Source: Vicugna vicugna
Taxonomy: Eukaryota
Length of the DNA stretch: 64,000 nt
Direction of reading: 5' to 3'
Assembly (NCBI GenBank): GCA_013265495.1
Contig: MU063499.1
Coordinates: forward strand, 496,001-560,000
Shown: positions 38,991 through 64,000 of the stretch, in pieces
Layout of the letters: every line of letters starts with the position of its first letter
Position numbering within the stretch: the first letter of the stretch is position 1
The notes under the pieces: generated by a model
Seen by the model: only the letters and a program-made list of their open reading frames with translations
Databases searched by the model: none
What the model was told of the DNA's origin: nothing
Translations under genes and position numbers: made by a program

Positions 38991-39592
38991 AGGAAACCAA
39001 GGGCCAGAGTCACAGACCTGCCCCGATTCTCTCCCTGGCAAACCTGGCTTTCCTTTTGCCCCGCTGTGGTGCAGATGGAGGGTCTGTGGGGAAATCTACG
39101 GGGACTTGTATTTAACTTGCCTCCTCCCCACACAGGTAGGTTCCCACCAGGACATCACCGAAGAAAGCTTCTCTCTCTTTTGGATGCTGGAGCCCCGAAT
39201 AGGTACTGGTGGAGGGGAGGGCTGAGGTGCTAAGCCCCAGAAAGCCACCCTCTCGACAAACCTGGTTGTAGACTAGCCATGCCCATCCTTCCCTAGAGAT
39301 TGTTGTGGTGGGCACTGGAGACCGTACTGAGCGGCTGCAGTCCGAGGTGCTGCGAGCCATGAGGCGGCGGGGCATCGCTGTGGAAGTGCAGGACACAGTA
39401 CGTCCGGGACTTGGGAATGCTGAGGAGAGCCCAGGCCTAGCCCTAGCCCAGCTGATGCTGGCTTTCTTTTTGCAGCCCAATGCTTGTGCCACTTTCAACT
39501 TCCTGTGTCATGAAGGCCGAGTGACAGGAGCTGCTCTCATACCCCCACCTGGAGGGTCTCCACTCACATCTCTGCCCCAAGCTGCAGAATGA
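38615..39592 (+). CDS. NDUFAF3: Complex I assembly factor 3, 5 exons, 184 aa
   Basis: Exons 38615-38691, 38778-38970, 39136-39202, 39297-39397 and 39476-39592 total 555 nt. Motifs MYIDSYNSRGF, IEIVVVGTG and PNACATFNFL. Confidence 0.96.
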
Positions 39593-40343
39593 ACTACCAG
39601 GAACTGACCTGTCCAGGACCCTGGCATCTTTTGCAGAGCGCAGGGGTTCCAAAGCTTTCACTAGTCCCTCCCCTTTGGTGCTGTAAATATTTATTTTGCT
39701 TGCCAGCAATAATAATTTAATCCACTTTTCTGATTTTGTACTTGGTGTGCTGCTGGCCAGGAGCTGATGGCTCAGTGGGTTCTTGGTCAGGATTCTGAAG
39801 AAACCAAGGAGTCAACTTTTCATCTATACTTACTTCCCTCTCAAGAGTGAGGAGGCAGTGTAGGCACCTGTTCTAAACCAGATCTGTTTGCTCACATGCA
39901 GATTTGAGGGGACCTCAGTGCTTTTCTCCATAATGTCCTTTAGAGATTCAAGTTAGAGAACAAGTATGTGGGTCTCAACCTGGTCCTACGTGGCTAAGCT
40001 TTGGGCTAGCGGGAGACCCTGTGGATGCTAGTCCAGAGCCCCACAGACTATTCCATGACCCTTCCTAAGCAGCCATACTGATTCTCAGTATGAGCCCAAA
40101 CCATAGGGAGCCAGAGTTGGTTGGTCTGCGCTGTTTCAGGGGAACTTTCTGAATCTAGTACCAACCCCTACTTCCAGAGCACCCTTATCTCAGGGCCTGA
40201 GACTCTTCCTGGAAAGGGTGTTGTGTTTGTATCTGTGGTGGTGGCAGCTGTAGAGCCCCACTTGCCTGTTGACCTCAAAGATCAGGCACCATTTATTTTT
40301 CAAACTTTTATTGAAAAACCAAGGGAGTGTGCTATATCCATTT

Positions 40344-45070
<4,727 letters not shown>

Positions 45071-45139
45071 GGCCAGCGCGGGGTAAAGCCGCGTGTTTCC
45101 AAGGACCGAGCCGCAGAGGCCTCTGCCTTCTGGGCCGCG

Positions 45140-45260
45140 CCAATATAAACCCGCCGATACCGTCACTGCGCCCTGCGCGCCGCTGACGTCAGGACGCCGA
45201 ACGCGCGGGTGGAGCCTGTACGCCGCTAGGGCGGGGCGGGCGAGGAGCGCATGCGCAGAG
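45140..45260 (-). promoter_or_regulatory. IMPDH2 promoter: TATA-like element, CRE, GC boxes, NRF1-type palindrome
   Basis: AT-rich element at 45142-45149, TGACGTCA at 45184-45191, GGGCGGGGCGGG at 45229-45240, GCGCATGCGC at 45247-45256. Confidence 0.75.
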
Positions 45261-46149
45261 CACGCCCTTGCAGTTATCATCAGGGAGCTGGGCTGTTTCC
45301 TTTCGCTGCCCCCTCCCGCAGGACCTTGGCCCATTCAGTAAGTCAAGGCTTTGCTTCTACCGTCCCGCCAGGCTCCTCCCAAATAAAGAGGCGNNNNNNN
45401 NNNNNNNNNNNNNNNNNNNNNNNNNNNNNNNNNNNNNNNNNNNNNNNNNNNNNNNNNNNNNNNNNNNNNNNNNNNNNNNNNNNNNNNNNNNNNNNNNNNN
45501 NNNNNNNNNNNNNNNNNNNNNNNNNNNNNNNNNNNNNNNNNNNNNNNNNTGTNNNNNNNNNNNNNNNNNNNNNNNNNNNNNNNNNNNNNNNNNNNNNNNN
45601 NNNNNNNNNNNNNNNNNNNNNNNNNNNNNNNNNNNNNNNNNNNNNNNNNNNNNNNNNNNNNNNNNNNNNNNNNNNNNNNNNNNNNNNNNNNNGCTACGTT
45701 TATGTCTCGGCATGAAGAAAGAAAAAGACTATGGCTCCCCTGTGGTCAGCGAAGTCTGCCAACGTGGAAGCCAGCTGGGGAGATTCCCTGTAGGGTCCAT
45801 CCATCATTAATTCAATCTTTCTAGAGGAAGGGAAGGGGCCACATTTCTCCTAACAGTCCAAGCCCTTTCCCTGGCCCCATACCAAAAAAAGGTCAGCCAG
45901 CAACTTTCTAGGACATCTGGCTCTCAGGAAACCCAGAGCCCCCATGGGCTGAGGAGTCTGCCACAGCAGGTTTATGAAGATGCACAGGGGGCAAAGTTTC
46001 CTTTTACATTTTAAACAGAAGCAGTCTGAAAGGCTTCATAACTACACCAATAGAAAAAGAAAAGAAAAAAATGGAGGCCTCTTCTTTAGTGTGAAAGTCT
46101 GTCCGTTTTTTCCTGGATGGTCTCTCCCTTGCACCATGGCTGAGGGATC

Positions 46150-62412
<16,263 letters not shown>

Positions 62413-63099
62413 CTACCTGAGAGAAAGCAATACTATCAATTGGGAAATATCAAAACTTTTGCTCATTTCTTAACTTTTCTCTGTAAATGTGACCCTTTTT
62501 GTTTTTGCATAGTGATATACAGTCATATAATTTACATATGAAGTACAAGTATATAATTAATAAATATAAATTTAGGTGTATGTTCAAAAATACTTAATCC
62601 ATGTGGTTAATGATAAGAGTGTGGGGACACTTCTAAAAGGTCAGAAAGACAAGTGCATTCCACAGGCATTCAACTTCCAACTCACGACCAAAAATACTCC
62701 CCCACAAACAACTACCATAAAACACAGTAGAGACAAAATGTTTGAAATCTTGGAGGTATCTCCAACTTTGCTAAGATGCAGGCACTGAATATTCTTTAAA
62801 GTGTTTAAGACACTTTTGTTTTAACAGAGAAGACAGTAAAAACTCCCACAAGATTCCAGATAATTTAATCTAAGTAAGGTTACTATATCCTGGACAACAC
62901 ACTTCTAATAATACAGCTCATGTTTTATTGCTGTTACTTCAGCATACAAAGCAGCATGAAACAATGCTATTCACAGTATGTAATTTTAAAAAAGAAAAGA
63001 TTTTTCCATCAAACACACATATCTAAATGATTCTAAAAGCATGTAGGAATTAGGAAGGTAGAAAAGGCGGCAGATGAGTGATTATACATAACACAAAAG

Positions 63100-64000
63100 A
63101 TAACCAAGGATGGTGCTGGGACAACTGGGTATCCATACAAAAATAATGAAGTTGGACCTCTTCCTCATATCATAAACAANNNNNNNNNNNNNNNNNNNNN
63201 NNNNNNNNNNNNNNNNNNNNNNNNNNNNNNNNNNNNNNNNNNNNNNNNNNNNNNNNNNNNNNNNNNNNNNNNNNNNNNNNNNNNNNNNNNNNNNNNNNNN
63301 NNNNNNNNNNNNNNNNNACTACGACGGCTATAATAAAAAAAGATAATAAATGTTAGTGACCATGTGAAAAATTAGAATCCTCAATACATTGCTGGTGGGA
63401 ATGTAAATTTGGTGTAGCTGCTTTTGAAAATAGTCTGGCAGTTCATCAAAAGGGTAAACATAGCATATGACAAAGATATGAAAAATAAACCACATGACCC
63501 AGCAATTCCACTCCTAGGTACATACCCAAGAGAAATGAAAACTATACTCATATAAAAACTTGGACATGAATGTTAACGGCATCATTATTCACAATAATCA
63601 AAAAAGTGGTAACAACCCAAATAGCAATCAACTGACGGATAAAATTTCCATACAACAGANNNNNNNNNNNNNNNNNNNNNNNNNNNNNNNNNNNNNNNNN
63701 NNNNNNNNNNNNNNNNNNNNNNNNNNNNNNNNNNNNNNNNNNNNNNNNNNNNNNNNNNNNNNNNNNNNNNNNNNNNNNNNNNNNNNNNNNNNNNNNNNNN
63801 NNAGGCATATCTGTAGCAACAGAAAGGAGATTAGTGGTTGTCCAGGAGCTGAGGATTGGGGAAAATACAAAGTAACTGCTAATGGGTACAGGGTTTCTTC
63901 TGGGGATGACGAGAATGTTCTAAAATTGATGTGGTAATGGTTGCACTTCACTGTGAATAGATTAAAAACCACTAAGTTGTAAGCTTTAAATGGGTGAATT
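63100..64000 (+). mobile_element. Old L1 (L1MB/MC-like) ORF2 end and 3' UTR, with N-gaps
   Basis: CATTGCTGGTGGGAATGTAAA; GACCCAGCAATTCCACTCCTAGGTACATACCCAAGAGAAATGAAAAC; GGGTACAGGGTTTCTTCTGGGGATGACGAGAATGTTCTAAAATTG. Confidence 0.75.

Noticed and set aside
38111-39000. 156-269 aa ORFs on both strands around the NDUFAF3 promoter
   Set aside because: CpG-island shadow ORFs with no recognisable protein.

Overview
Mammalian genomic DNA; a tRNA-derived SINE and an L1 tail resemble camelid elements as I recall them. The gene order matches human 3p21.31: ARIH2 3' part (+), P4HTM (+), WDR6 (+), DALRD3 (-), MIR425/MIR191 (-), NDUFAF3 (+), IMPDH2 (-), QRICH1 3' part (-). I reconstructed exons by hand from splice sites and reading phase. 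All phases close, giving P4HTM 498 aa, WDR6 1120 aa, DALRD3 541 aa, NDUFAF3 184 aa and IMPDH2 514 aa. The main finding is an apparently intact four-exon, 285-aa secreted frizzled-related protein gene nested antisense in P4HTM intron 2 (18442 to 16118). It has a signal peptide, an 11-Cys Frizzled CRD, an NTR domain, its own TATA box, a strong Kozak context and a poly(A) signal. Its CRD motif (MACYGYPWP) points to the Crescent/Sizzled branch, which to my knowledge is absent from human and mouse. Secondary findings: a degenerate tandem copy of an ARIH2 exon, an in-frame cassette exon next to the IMPDH2 catalytic loop, a GC-AG intron in P4HTM, two homeodomain/Fox/Sox motif clusters upstream of the nested gene, interleaved WDR6/DALRD3 poly(A) signals, and an L1 plus SINE sharing one target site. 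Several N-gaps limit what can be seen. Family assignments come from motif recognition, not database searches; repeat boundaries are approximate.
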